Shown piece by piece: positions 15,601 through 28,100 of a DNA stretch of 64,000 nt. Source of the stretch: Mobula hypostoma (Eukaryota). Under the pieces are notes generated by a model that saw only the letters and a list, made by a program, of their open reading frames with translations, was not told the origin of the DNA and ran no database searches. The stretch spans positions 20,028,001-20,092,000 of the forward strand of contig NC_086097.1 of assembly GCF_963921235.1 (NCBI RefSeq), written 5' to 3'. A program made the position numbers and the translations under genes. Each line of letters starts with the position of its first letter. The stretch's first letter is position 1.

Positions 15601-18600
15601 CACTAATGCATCCACTATTTCTTGGGCTACTTCCTTAAGCACTCTGGGATGCAGACCATCTGGCCCTGGGGATTTATCTGCCTTTAATCCCTTCAATTTA
15701 CCAACCACTTCCCTACTAACATGTATTTCGCTCAGTTCCTCCATCTCACTGGACCCTCTGTCCCTTACTATTTCTGGAAGATTATTTATGTCCTCCTTAG
15801 TGAAGACAGAACCAAAGTAATTATTCAATTGGTCTGCCATGTCCTTGCTCCCCATAATCAATTCACCTGTTTCTGTCTGCAGGTGACCTACATTAGGAGA
15901 GTGGACCATGGAATGGCAAATGGCATTCAATTCAGATAGATTTAAGATATTGCACTTCAGGAAGTCAAACTAGGGTAAGACTTTCACAGTGAACAGAAGA
16001 ACCTTGGGAAGTGTTGTGGAACAGAGGGACCTAATATTACGGTATACAGTTCCTTCAAAGTGCTGTCACACATAGTCAAGGTAGTGAAGAAGGCATTTGG
16101 CATGCTGTCCTTTGTCATTCAGGGTATAGAGAATGGAAGTTTGGACTTTACGTTGTGGAGGAGTGGGGTCATTGCTTTGCTGCTGCTTATGCATGGGAGG
16201 GGGGAGTTGGGGGCTTTGGGGTTCTAACACTTAAATGTCATTCATTCTTTGGGGCACTCCTCTGTTTTCGTGGATGTTTGCAAAGAAAAATAATTTCAGG
16301 ATGTATATTGTATACAGTTCTCTGACATTAAATGTACCTATTGAAACCTACTGAGTTACATAATATGTTGGTGAGGCCACATCCATTAAAGCAAAGACAT
16401 CTTCATCTAATAAAACTAAAGATTTACGAGAATGTAAATAGAACTCACGGGCCTCCGTTACAAAGGTTGTCAGACTAGGACTTTAGTCTGTGGAGCGTAG
16501 GAGGCTGACAAGTGACCTTTTAGAAGTGCAAGACATCTAGAGAGTGCAAATGTACACACACCTTTTCCCCAGGAAAAAAAGAATCAAAAACTAGAGAACA
16601 TAGGTTTAAGGCAGAAAGGAGAGATTTAAAAGGGACCAAAGGGGCAAATTCTCGACACAGTGTGATTTGAAGAGTTGCCAGGGAAATTATTGAGGCACAT
16701 ACAACAAAAACATTTTAAAGAGTTTTTGATCAGTAGACGAGTTGGAAAGGTTTAGAGCAGGGGTTTCCAACTTTTTTTATGCCGTGGAGCCTTACAATTA
16801 ACCAAGGAGTCCGTGGACCCGAGGGTGGGAACCCCTGGTTTAGAGGGATATGGGCCAAAGGAACCAGCTCAGCTGGGCATCTTGGTTGGCATGGACAAGT
16901 TGGTTGTATTATTTTGTAACACAGCTGCTGGGAAATTAAAATTCAAAAGCCAAACTAAAATATGGTTGATTCTTCAATGATGACTTCACAATTCAGGAGC
17001 AAGAGGGTTTGGGCAGAATAGGCAATAAGTTGTGTCCTGACCAATGAAGTGTCCAGTAAAAGATCAAATGGGCAAAAAATGTTGGAGACCAAATATGGTA
17101 TTCAGGTGATGTATATTAAATGCTAAAGTCTGTTATCAATAACAATTAATAAGCAATGTACTTGTAGCAAAATCAAAAGAATACAAGATTGTGAAGCTAA
17201 TAATCAAACATTACAGTACCAGAGAGCACAATCTATTTTTGTTATCAAATGAACAAGGCAATCAAAACCTGAAGGTTAAGCAGAAAATAGCCACATGAGA
17301 AATCAAAGTAATGCCATCAGGTTGGAGACTATCCAGATGGAATACGAGGTGTGGCTCCTCCACCAGAGAGTAGCCTTGTCGTAGCCCAAGATGAAGCCAT
17401 GGACCAATCTGTCAAAATGGGAATGGGAATCAGAATTCCTTGTTGATTCCCAGTGTGTGTTGCTTTGGATTTCCAGCATCTACAAAATTCCTTGTGTTTA
17501 TGGAAGGCCCAGATAGAGTGAACAAGGAGTGGCTTTCCATTAGCAGGACAGTCCAGGATCTGAAAGCATAGCCTCAGAATAAAGGGACATCCCTTTAAAA
17601 CTGAGAAGAGGAGGAATTTCTTCAGATAGAGGGTGATGAATCTGTGGAATTCGCTGTCACAGAGGATTGTGGAGGATTATGCCCAAGTCACTGGGGGTAC
17701 TTGGGCGGAGATTGACAGCTTCATAGTTGATTGGGGGCTCAAGGGTTACAGGCAGAAGGCTGGATAATTGGTTTGAAAAAGAAATTGATTGAATGGCAGA
17801 GCAGACTCGATGAGTCGAATGGTTTAACTCCGGACCTGCGTCAATCAGACAAGGCACGCGTCTATTCCCAATAAGTGTGGTTAGGCCACACTTGGAGTAC
17901 TGTGTCCAGTTCTGGTCACCTCACTATAGGAAAGATGTGGAAGCATTGGAAAGGGTACAGAGGAGATTTACCAGGATGCTGCCTGGTTTAGAAAGTATGC
18001 ATTATGATCAAAGATTAAGGGAGCTAGGGCTTTACTCTTCGGAGAGAAGGAGGATGAGAGGAGACATGATAGTGGTGTACAAGATAATAAGAGGAATAGA
18101 TAGCGTGGATAGCCAGCGCCTCTTCCCCAGAGCACCACTGCTCAATACAAGAGGACATGGCTTTAAGGTAAGGGGTGGGAAGTTCAAGGGGGATATTAGA
18201 GGAAGGTTTTTTACTCAGAGAGTGGTTGGTGCGTGGAATGCACTGCCTGAGTCAGTGGTGGAGGCAGATACACTAGTGAAGTTTAAGAGACTACCAGACA
18301 GGTATATGGAGGAATTTAAGGTGGGGGCTTATATGGGAGGCAGGGTTTGAGGGTCGGCACAACATTGTGGGCCGAAGGGCCTGTACTGTGTTGTACTATT
18401 CTATGTTTCTATAACAACCTTAACTTGTAATTACAACTCTGCCCGGTAATAACGCCCTCTGGGCGAAGGGAATTTATTACCCACACTAACGGCTGTAAGT
18501 TTTGATCCACTTTTCAATCACCATTCCCACTGGCAAAGCAGTACCCATGTTTTGACAGCTTCTAGTCAATGCTGACGTTGGGGGGGGGGTGCTGTGGAGA

Positions 18601-18794
18601 CCAACGAAAAGAAAAAAATTAACTTTTTTTACGAGACAGAAGGAATCTGTGTCTCTTTCGTCTCACTTCCCCTCAGAAACGTACGAATAGCGGCCTCCAG
18701 GGCACGGTACGGACCAACACACTGACGGCTCTCACACGCACTTTCTCTCAGTCTCAAAAGCAAATTAGAATTTACCCGCACTCGGCGACGCCAT
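600..18794 (-). CDS. LIN52: LIN52 (DREAM/MuvB core subunit), coding exons 1-5; final exon outside window
   Basis: Exons 18776-18794, 8687-8761, 3992-4029, 2537-2603, 600-683 splice GT-AG in frame to [94 protein letters not shown], recognisably LIN52, with the LxSxExL pocket-protein motif and the RASP DYRK1A site. Confidence 0.97.
2537..2603 (-). CDS. LIN52: LIN52 exon 4
   Basis: tgtag|CCCATTACC...CTGAAAG|gtattt; [22 protein letters not shown]. Confidence 0.96.
3992..4029 (-). CDS. LIN52: LIN52 exon 3
   Basis: tttcag|TGCCAGGG...AAAAGT|gtaagt; [12 protein letters not shown]. Confidence 0.96.
4252..5510 (+). mobile_element. 5'-truncated Rex1/Babar-type LINE
   Basis: RT motifs [23 protein letters not shown]; frameshift near 4885; AATAAA plus short repeat tail. 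Confidence 0.85.
6482..6862 (+). mobile_element. RTE-related non-autonomous element (body and 3' tail)
   Basis: 3' part matches the tail of the tRNA-SINEs; body aligns with 52794-53369. Confidence 0.6.
7241..7567 (+). mobile_element. tRNA-derived SINE copy 1
   Basis: A box TGGCCAAGTGG, B box GTTCGAGCC; TSD TACAACCC at 7233-7240 and 7568-7575; inserted in a Rex-like 3' fragment. Confidence 0.85.
8687..8761 (-). CDS. LIN52: LIN52 exon 2
   Basis: atcag|GTGCAGAC...GAACAAA|gtaaga; [24 protein letters not shown]. Confidence 0.96.
8930..9557 (-). mobile_element. Penelope-like element 5' fragment with direct and inverted pseudo-LTR copies
   Basis: ORF 8990-9343 has a PLE N-terminal-like HxxFLxxC motif, flanked by repeated aaatgctggaggaactcagcagg units. 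Confidence 0.7.
9850..12960 (+). mobile_element. Degenerate near-full-length CR1 LINE (ORF1 esterase, ORF2 APE-RT)
   Basis: ORF1 VIGDSIVRG (SGNH esterase); ORF2 [26 protein letters not shown]; many stops and frameshifts. Confidence 0.88.
14102..15890 (-). mobile_element. CR1 LINE 3' half, nested in an older + strand CR1
   Basis: [34 protein letters not shown]; (CTATGTTT) tail near 14102-14116; host CR1 at about 13995-14101 and 15891-16900. Confidence 0.9.
16758..16837. mobile_element. 80-bp hAT (Charlie-like) MITE
   Basis: TIRs CAGGGGTT...AACCCCTG; perfect 8-bp TSD GTTTAGAG at 16750-16757 and 16838-16845. Confidence 0.9.
17878..18412 (+). mobile_element. Young CR1 LINE 3' end
   Basis: [14 protein letters not shown]...GAYMGGRV*, near-identical to the 33421 and 47283 copies. 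Confidence 0.92.
18776..18794 (-). CDS. LIN52: LIN52 coding exon 1 (MASPSAG)
   Basis: aagATGGCGTCGCCGAGTGCGG|gtaaat; strong Kozak context; phase 1 matches exon 2. Confidence 0.9.
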
Positions 18795-19142
18795 CTTCTC
18801 AGCACCATCACATGACCTACACGTCAGCGAATGTGGAAAAAGCTCGCCATCATATTAATACTTCCAGATGATAAAATAAGTTCTTATCTCAAACCAGAAA
18901 TACGCAACTGTAGACTATGCTAAATAACGCTTAAATGAACTCACTGAATGCTCGAGGGGCGGTTTGTAAAATGGGTTTGGATGGACGTCGGAGTGGACCA
19001 ATGATAAGAGGCGGTGGGTGGAGGCTGCGCGGCTACGTCAAGGCGCTGACAGGAGGCCCCGCCCCCCAGCTGGGTCGGCCTTTCGCGGTTTTTCGTGGGC
19101 AGTCTCCCCTCGTTCAGCTGTTATCGGCTGGTCGCTTCAATC
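18795..19142. promoter_or_regulatory. Bidirectional promoter region between LIN52 and ALDH6A1
   Basis: 348 bp between divergent ATGs, locally CpG-rich; ACGTCA half-CRE at 18821-18826 and 19035-19040, CCAAT 18998-19002, GC box GGCCCCGCCCC 19055-19065, E2F-like TTTCGCGG 19081-19088; YY1-like AAGATGGCG overlaps the LIN52 ATG. Confidence 0.8.
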
Positions 19143-19178
19143 ATGGCAGCAATCCTCAGAATAGCCTTCAGACGCAAG
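19143..19178 (+). CDS. ALDH6A1: ALDH6A1 exon 1 ([12 protein letters not shown], start of transit peptide)
   Basis: atcATGG Kozak; AAG|gtaaac donor; basic, acid-free peptide typical of mitochondrial targeting. Confidence 0.85.
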
Positions 19179-22100
19179 GTAAACCTGCAGCAGAGGCGGG
19201 GAGGTAGAAATAGGGGAAAAAATTACCATTGGAGACTTTCTTATTAGTGTTCTGGCGATAAATAGCGGTTATTTTTTTAATTGTGTGCAAGACAGACCTA
19301 ACGCATCTTGCAGCCTTCAATGAGCTAATCCAAACTCTCTACCTGGCAGTGAGCAATATGAGTGGTTGGCATTTTGGGGTTTTTTTTGTGTGTTCCCTAT
19401 TTACCAACCAGCGGAAACAACAATGTTCTGTCTACATGGTTTGTACTGATTTATTTCGTTATGTCATAATTTTATATTACTTTTGCTTCTGTTCGTTTGG
19501 TGACTCCTCTGCAAACTCTGTTGCAGAAACTAAGTCGCCATTTTTGCGTGAAGGGAGTTTGCACTTTTTCACATCTAGTTGTAGACCACCCCTTTAATTT
19601 TCTCGTCTTTAATGATCAGGTTGCAAACTTCAGTCGCTTTCCAGTGATTTCCCTGAAAGGAAAATCCAGTTGTCTTTTTTTTTGGCGTTGTTTATTATAG
19701 TTCTACCTTAGTGCTTCACGACCAAGGGCTTTTTGAGGTTGCAACTAATTAATCGTTTAACTGTCACCGATTCTGATGTCTTTCCCCGCAGAAATCTTTG
19801 TTTCTTGCAGCTTCTGGTCGAAATGTCTGAAAGAAAAGCAGATTCCTTTTTATTTTGTATTCAAGGTCTGTAGTTCATTCGCCTGGAAACAACCCTGTAG
19901 GTCAACGTTAGTGGGTGGCTTCCAATGCTTGTTATTTATTGGTTCGTACTTGCTGGAAAGGTCTGTCTTTGGTTCACAACTCTGGAGCATCTTTTGCTCT
20001 TGTTTTCCTGAAAGTGCGTGAATATTTTGTTCCCTATTGGAAAGGGACGGTGGAGATAAGTCAGGAGATTGCAGCTGGTGATTTTTATATCAATGTAGGG
20101 AAATCTTCGGAAAAGTAATGTAAGAGACATATCGTGGAAATCAGGTTTATTCTCATTGGAATTTGTTCTGCGGTAGCAGGTCCCTATAAGACAACTGTAA
20201 GTTGCAAAAAAAAAGTGCAAAGAGGACTAGTAAGGCAGTGTTTATGGGTTGTTAAGAAATCTGATGGCAGAGGGGAAGAAGCCGTTCCTGGAACATTGAC
20301 CATGTCTCTTCAGGCTCCTGTACCGCCTCCCTGATGGTAGTAAGAAGAGGACATGGTGAGGATCTTTAATAGCGGATGCCACCCTCTTGAGGCACCATCT
20401 CGGAAAGATGTCGTTGATGGTGCGCGGAGGGGGGTGGTTCTGGCTGAGTCTGCACCCCTCTGCCCCTCTGCAGCTTCTTGCAATCCACTGCACTAGAGCC
20501 TCCACCAGGGGCTGTGCTGCACTAAGTCATGCCATCAGGTTGGAGGCTACCCAGACAAGAATACAAGGTGTTGTTTCTTCAACCTAAGTGTGGCCTCATC
20601 ACGACAGTGGAGGAGGCCGTGGATGGACATATTGGAATGGGAAGTAGAATTAAAATAGGTGGCCACTGGAAGATCTTTCTCTGGCGGACGGAGCATTGGC
20701 GCTCGGTGAAGCAGTCAGTCTCCCAATCTACGTTTGGTCTCACCGATATGTAGGATGCCACACCAGGTGCACCAAACACAGTATATGACCCCCAACAGAC
20801 TCATGGGTGAGGTGTCGCCTCACTTGGAAGGACTGTTTAGGGTGCTGAATGGCAGTGAGTGAGGAGGTATAGGGGCAGGTGTAGCACTTGTTCCACTTGC
20901 AAGGATAAGTCACCTCTGCTCTTACCCCATCCTCCCACCACCCTACCAGGGATAGGGTTCCTCTTGTCCTCACCTGCCACCCCACCAGCCTCTGCATCCA
21001 GCACAGAATTCTCCAAAAAAATTAAGTGGCGCGATTGTAAGAAAATGAGGAAGAAATAGGCCAGAGAAATGTATACAGTCCAAAGAAGTCCTGATGGAGC
21101 AGGTGAAAAAAGATGGTCAGGATTTTTAAACAGCTGATCAGCTTTAGCTACACTATGATGTTTTTATCTTTTTGTTCCAGCTCACTCCATGTTTGGGACG
21201 GATGTGCTACTCATCATCTCCAGTAAGTTCACACCTGCAGCTGTGCAATTATTCAATGAAAGTAGTTGTTCAGTGGTAATGACTTTGTTTTGTTTTACTT
21301 TTAAATATCAAAAATTGCTATTGAGTGCTGTACCAGCACCTGAAGCTAAGTCATGAGTGTAAGTCGTTAATTTTACACTGGGCTGTGTAATTAATTACAT
21401 AGATATGCATTCACAAGCAAGAGAAAACCTGCAGATGTTGAAAATCCAAGTAACACACACAAAATGCTGGAGGAACTCAGCAGGCCAGGCAGCATCTATG
21501 GAAAAGACCCTCCTGCCGAAGGGTCTCTGCCCAAAACGTTGACTGTATTCTTTTCCATAGATGCTGCCCGGCCTGCTGAGTTCCTCCAGCATTTTGTGTG
21601 TGTTACATAGGTATGCATGTTAGGTTTATACTTTTATTGCAAGTATACTTTACCTGGTGAAAAGATTATTGACATTAATCAGTTTCAAACAAAGTTAAAA
21701 GTTCAGCAACAATTAGCACTTTTATCAGTGGAGCATTGGGGCATTCTGGTGTAATCTTACCTCTAGTTTCTTTGTTCTGACTTTCCGCCAGTGTTAGAGC
21801 ATCTTGTGTTGAGTGTTGGCGCGTGGCCAAGTGGTTAAGGTGTTCGTCTAGTGATCTGAAGGTTGCTAGTTCAAGCCCTGGCTGAGGCAGCATGTTGTGT
21901 CCTTGAGCAAGGCACTTAATGATGACACTGGTGCCAAGCTGTATGGGTCCTAATGCCCTTCCCTGGGATAACATCGGTGGCGTGGAGAGGGGAGACTTGC
22001 AGCATGGGCAACTGCTGATCTTCCATACAACCTTGCCCAGGCCTATGCCCTGGAAACCTTCCAAGGTGCAAATCCAAGGTCTCATGAGACTAACGGATGC

Positions 22101-25100
22101 CTAAAAAAACAGCATCTTGTCAGCTTGATAATAACTGGATGAATAGCAAACTTGAATCAAATTCAAAAGATTTTTAAAGAAAGTGTTGAGCAAAGAAAGG
22201 GCAAATGCTGAGAAGGTCCTTCCAATGAAGAGAGCTTGCATAGCATAAGACCATATTAAGAAGAATAACCTTTTTGAAAAATGATTTCCTTCAACTGAAG
22301 AGGAATAAGGGGTCACAGACTCTGGGTAAGGAGATGAAAAATGTTCACTCATGGTAAACTTGTATTTTCTGTTGGAAGAGAAGTGGATGCCTATTCAGAG
22401 ATTCGTAGATTGTTGGACACTAAATGAAATTGGCAGGAAGAGTGCGAGAAGTAGAAATATTCAATCTTATTTAATTGCAGACGAGCCTGCTGACCTATCC
22501 CTTTATTATATTGAGCATGCATACATGGGAAAAAATATGACTGAGACTTGAAAATAAAAAGCCATTTTATGGGCACATTAAATAGTTGAGATTGATCAGT
22601 AAGTCAAAGAAATGAGTGGTGGCAATGACAATGTGCTCTAAATTATATACTTACATCATACTGCTAGTATGTTGGGTGGTCGATAGGTCTTAACCCTTTG
22701 TTTCTCAGGAATTTTACACAGATCTGGGAAAGCCTCATCCACCCAATGGAGCATATGCTTAGTTATAGATTGTGCAACTGGAGCAGAATGGCCCATCAAG
22801 TGAGCTCTGCCATTCATTTGTGGCTGATATATTTTCCATCAAAACACCATTCTCCTGACCTCACAATAACCTTTGATGCCCTTACTAATCAAGTACCTAT
22901 CAACCTCCACTTTAAATAAAGCCAATGACTTGAATTCTACAGCTGTGGCAATGCATTCCACAGATTCACCACCCTCAGGCCAAAGTAATTCCTCCTCATC
23001 TGTTCCAAAGGGGCTTTGCATTCTGAGGCTGTGCCCTTTGGCCCTAGATTTTCCCACTATTGGAAATAACCTCTCGGCATTTCAATGTTTGGTAGGATTC
23101 AATGAGATTATCCCTCATTCTTCTAAGCTCCAATGAGCACCAGGCCAGGGCCATCAAGTACTAATGTTTTGTGCAAACTCACTAGGAATCTGTGGTGACA
23201 GGAAATGAGTACTGTAAATGAATCGCCAATCAGTCAGTGCATTGAGAAAATAACTTGCTGTTTGTAGTTTGCCAGTGCATTTTTATTGGCACAAGATGGT
23301 TTACTATTATAAAAGAGGGGAATGTTTCTTTTCTCACATTAACAAGTCAGCATTCTATATAGAAAAATTCGAAGTATTGAGGTACTGTAGTGTGCAAATG
23401 GTTTTGTTATACGTGAATTCTGTTTGACTAATTTGTTGGATTTCTTTGAATGAAGAAGCATTTCATAGTTGGGAACTGAGATGTACTACACTTCGATTTC
23501 TAGAAGGCACATTAAATGTTATATCTTATGAAGTGCCTTTTAAGATGTGGAGGCAGAATCTAATACAAAAGTGGTAAGTTTTGCCTGAGATTGGTCATTA
23601 GTGAAACCATGTGTACACTGCAGTACCCCATACATGAAGTTAAATATGTTATTAGGTATTAGTTCCTTGGAAGCAACTTATGGTAGGTTGTTTTAGACAA
23701 GCAACTGGAATAGGCTGCTTGCCTTGTGTGGAAGGCTGGATAAGCTAATCTTGAATTTGTTGGAATTTTGAAAAATGGGAAGGGACTTGATTGAAACATA
23801 TAATATTCTTAGGGTCTGGACAAAGTGGAGCACTAGAAACTGTTTAAAAGTAAAGGATGGCTCATATAAAACTGGGGCTTTTTTTTTCTTCAGAGGGCCC
23901 TGAGCTTTTGGTACTCAAGTTCCTCAAAGGGCAGCAAAAACATAAATTTTGAGCTTTGACAAGCTTTGAGATGGATTCATGTTGAATAAGTGGATGAGAT
24001 GGGACCAAATCCAGCTGCCTGTGACTCAAAGAACAGGCAGTGTTCAAATATTCACAGTTGCAGACAAACTGAATGACAGATACCACTGTCATTTCTATTT
24101 CACTGCCACTGGGGCTCCATACAGAGTCCCATAATGCTCAGGTTGCCAAACTCGGGAGGCATAGATTCTGTCTGTAAATGTTAAGAACTACAGAATGAGA
24201 ATTTGGTCATCGAGTGTGCTCTGCTATTCAATCATGGCTGATTTATTTTCCTTCTCAGCTCCATTCTCTCGCCTTCTCCCCATGACCATTGCTGTCCTTA
24301 CCTCCAACTACATAAAGTGCCACCATCCTTTAGTAGTGTTCTCAGAGCTATCATTTTAATCTATTGGTGCTGTGCATTGTGTCCCTGCATTACCGTCCAC
24401 TGACCTCATTCTGTTTTACAGCCTACAACAAAATTATTTATTGACGGAAAGTTTATTGAATCAAATACTTCTGAATGGCTTGACGTCCACAACCCTGTGA
24501 GTATCTCTTTTTATATTTGATTTAAATTTTAAGATAGCTGATTCACCCAGTATTTAAACTGGAAAACCCACACAGGTTATCAGCAAAGAAATGGTGTTCA
24601 GTTTTAGAAAAAGAAAAGTCCTTGAATTGTGTATATTCTATGAAGCCTTCCACTTACAGTTTTAAAACAAATTAAGAAAATTTTAAATGCATATTGAACT
24701 ATGCTAGAAGTATTGTTAGTCTTTGTGAACAATCTGTATTTGTGCAACAAATAAAAGTGAGAAATCAATGAGGGATGTATTAAAATGTTATTTATTATTG
24801 GCACATATTTTGTTTCCATGCTATCCATTCCAATCATTTCAAAGCATAAGTACTTCAAGGTGATATGAAAGAAAAAGCAATAAGAGAATGCAGTTCATGT
24901 TGTAGTTCTAGAGAAAGCATTGCAGGTAGACAGTAAGATACAAGGGTCACAATGAGGTAGATCAATCTTGTTGTTCATCTATAATGTATTTAACACCAGG
25001 TGGGTGCTGCTGAGCCTAATGGTATATATTTTAAAGCTTTTGTATCTTCTGTCTGAAGGGGGGGGGGGCACGGTGGAAGAGAATGACCAAGATGGGAGAG

Positions 25101-28100
25101 ATCTTTTATGATGCTGGCTGCTTTCTGGAGGCAGTGGTAAGTGTAGACAGAGCTCATAGAGGGAAGGCTGGATTTCATGATGATGGACCTAACTCTGCCC
25201 ATAACTCTCTCTGCAATTTCTTGCGTTCTTGTGCAGAGCAGATGCCATACCAAGCTGTGATATGTCTGGATAGGATACTTTCTGTGGCACATCAATAAGT
25301 GTGTGCAGTATTGTTTTGAAAGTTCCTTTTAACTCTGAGTTTGCTTTGTGTATTGGCATGCAGCAATTTTCCCACTGAACCACTTGCCTGTAACTGCTGT
25401 ATTTTACATTTGGGAAAGATAAAGGCAACTTCCTTTGTTGAAAGTTCAGAGATTCAATTGTTCATACCATTTAAAAGCATAAGAAATCAAAGCTGGAATA
25501 AGCCAAGTTGAAGTTTGTTGTGAAAACAACATACCCAAGTTTGGATGCCAGGAAAAATAGCTTTACAACAATGGCACAGAATATCGCAAACATGACAAAC
25601 ACAAGCTAACATAAATTTAAGTTAATAAAATATATGAAACTTGCATGACAATATAAGCAAATAACAACGTTCGAATAGGTTAAGAGAAGAAAAAAAATAT
25701 TGTCCAAACACATGTTAGTGTTTTTCTCGCTGGTTCAAGTACCTGACAGCAGTGGAGAAGAAGCCGTTGTTGAAAATCCCCTGTACTGGGGAGAAAATTC
25801 AAAAATCTGAAGTGCAAAGGGGCTTGGGAGTCCTTGTGCTGCTTCCCTCTTGTTGTGTTACTTATCTGATATAGGCTGATCCTATCTGACCTGTACTATG
25901 ATGAACATCTTATAAGGTTCTGTAACCATAAGCACAAGAGATACTGCAAATGCTGGAAATCCTGAGCATCACACTTAAAATGCTGGAGAAACTCAGCAGG
26001 TCAAACTGCAACCCTTCATCCTCAAAGACTTCACGGTCTCAGCCTGAAACTTTGACTGTTTATTCCTCTCCGATGCTGCCCTACTTGCTGGGTTCCTCCA
26101 GCATTCTGCCTCATTTGTGGTTTCTGAAGAACCTGAACAATATTATCTCCAGATCCAGCGACGCCCTCAGTGGTGGTGACAATTGTACCTGTGACTGAAC
26201 AGGCTATAATCTTCCATCTGTAGCCCTTTGACTATCCTTGCCTAGCCTCTTATTTATTTCATCTTGTAACACAGTCCATTTCCCATTATTTCTTTATCCA
26301 AAAATCTTTGCCTCCACTGCCAAAAAAAATCCAGATTCGCAATCCTTGCGATTGGGAAACTTAATCTTACCTATATTCTGAATTGCTGTGCCCTTATTAA
26401 GATCCTTGGTTCTAAATACCCAAGTCAGAGGAAGCATCAACCCTGCATCTGTTCTGTCAAGCCCAGTAAGCGTTTTCAAAGTGATTACCTTTCATTCTTT
26501 CACGTTTATAAGTCCACTCTTCTTTATTTCTCATCAGAGGGCAGTGCTTCCATCCCCAGGAATTAATGTGGTAAACACAGAAAATAGGAGCAGACATGGG
26601 TCACCAGGACTCTCCAGCCTGCCTGACATTCAATATGACCATGATTAATCTATGCTGGTCTGAACTTTTCTTCTGTGCCAGTTCCTCATAGCCTTCAATT
26701 CTTCAATCATTTCAAACTTCTATACACCATGATTTTAAATTAATGGCCCCTTATTTTATAATTATATCCTCCTGTTTGTGACTCTCACAAGTGTAAACAT
26801 CTCAACGTCAACCCTGTCAAACCCCTTTAGGATCTTGTATATATGAATAAGGTTGCCTGTCGTTCTTCTAAATGGCAAGGATTTCAAACCCAAATTGCCT
26901 AGCTGTTTTTGATAGGACAATCCTCTCATCCCAGGAGTTAGCCTTCATTATATTCAAGTTATACTTCCATGAATAGGAAGACCAGACCTGTGTACAGGTG
27001 TGCCCTTGCCAGGGCTATATTTAATTTCAGAAATACAGTTTCTTGTGTCTCACTTGTCTACCTTTAGGCAACGAGTGAAGTGATTGGCAAAGTCCCAAAG
27101 GCCACTCAGGAGGAGATGCTTGCAGCTGTGAGTTCCTGTGAGCGAGCTTTTGTTTCATGGTCAGAAACGTCAGTACTGACTCGGCAGCAGATTTTCCTGA
27201 AATACCAGCAACTGATTAAAGAAAACCTGGTGAGTCATGTGGAATAAATGTGCTACCGAGTTGAGTTTCAGGGAAACAATTGAGGTGGAGGTGGTGAGAT
27301 GAAGAATGCTGAGTAAACAACTGACTTGTTTAATTGCACAAGAGTTCCGTCTAATTATTTATCAAAAGTAACCTCATTGAGATAGTTTGGGAATGTTATT
27401 TTTAGATTAGATTCAAATTTATTGTCATTGTGCCAAGTACAGATACAAAGCCAATGAAATGCAATTAGCATCTGACCAGAAGTGCAAAAGAATGGTGCTA
27501 TTTACAAAATAACTGCAAATAAAAAGTAAGTGTTACAGCACACAAATATAAAAGTACTGAGACAGTACAATATGGGTGCAATACTGCTTTGCGCTGTGAT
27601 GTGAGGTTCAGCAGGGTCACAGCCTCAGGGAAGAAGCTCTTCCTGTGCCTGCTGGTGCAGGAGCGGAGGCTCCTGTAGCACTTACCAGATAGGAAGAGAG
27701 TAAAAAGTCCATGGTTAGGGTGAGATGCATCCTTTTATAATGATTTTTGCCCTGCCCAGGCAGCGTTTATGGTAGATGTTCTCAATGGTGGGCAATTGGG
27801 TGCCAATAATCCACCGGGCAGTTCTCACCACACGCTGGAGTGCTTTGCGGTCCGATACGGGACAATTACCATACCACACTGAGATGCAGTTGGTGAGTAT
27901 GCTCTCAATGGTACAGCGGTAAAAGTCCGTCAGTATCCTGGGACAGAGGTGAGCTTTCCTGATGCTCTGCAGGAAATAAAGGCACTGTTGCACCTTTTTG
28001 ATCAGGATGGAGGAGTTCAGGGACCAGGTGAGATCCTTGGAAATGTGGACAGTTGATGTAGATGGGGACATGAGTGTGGCTCCTAGCATGCCTGAAGTCC

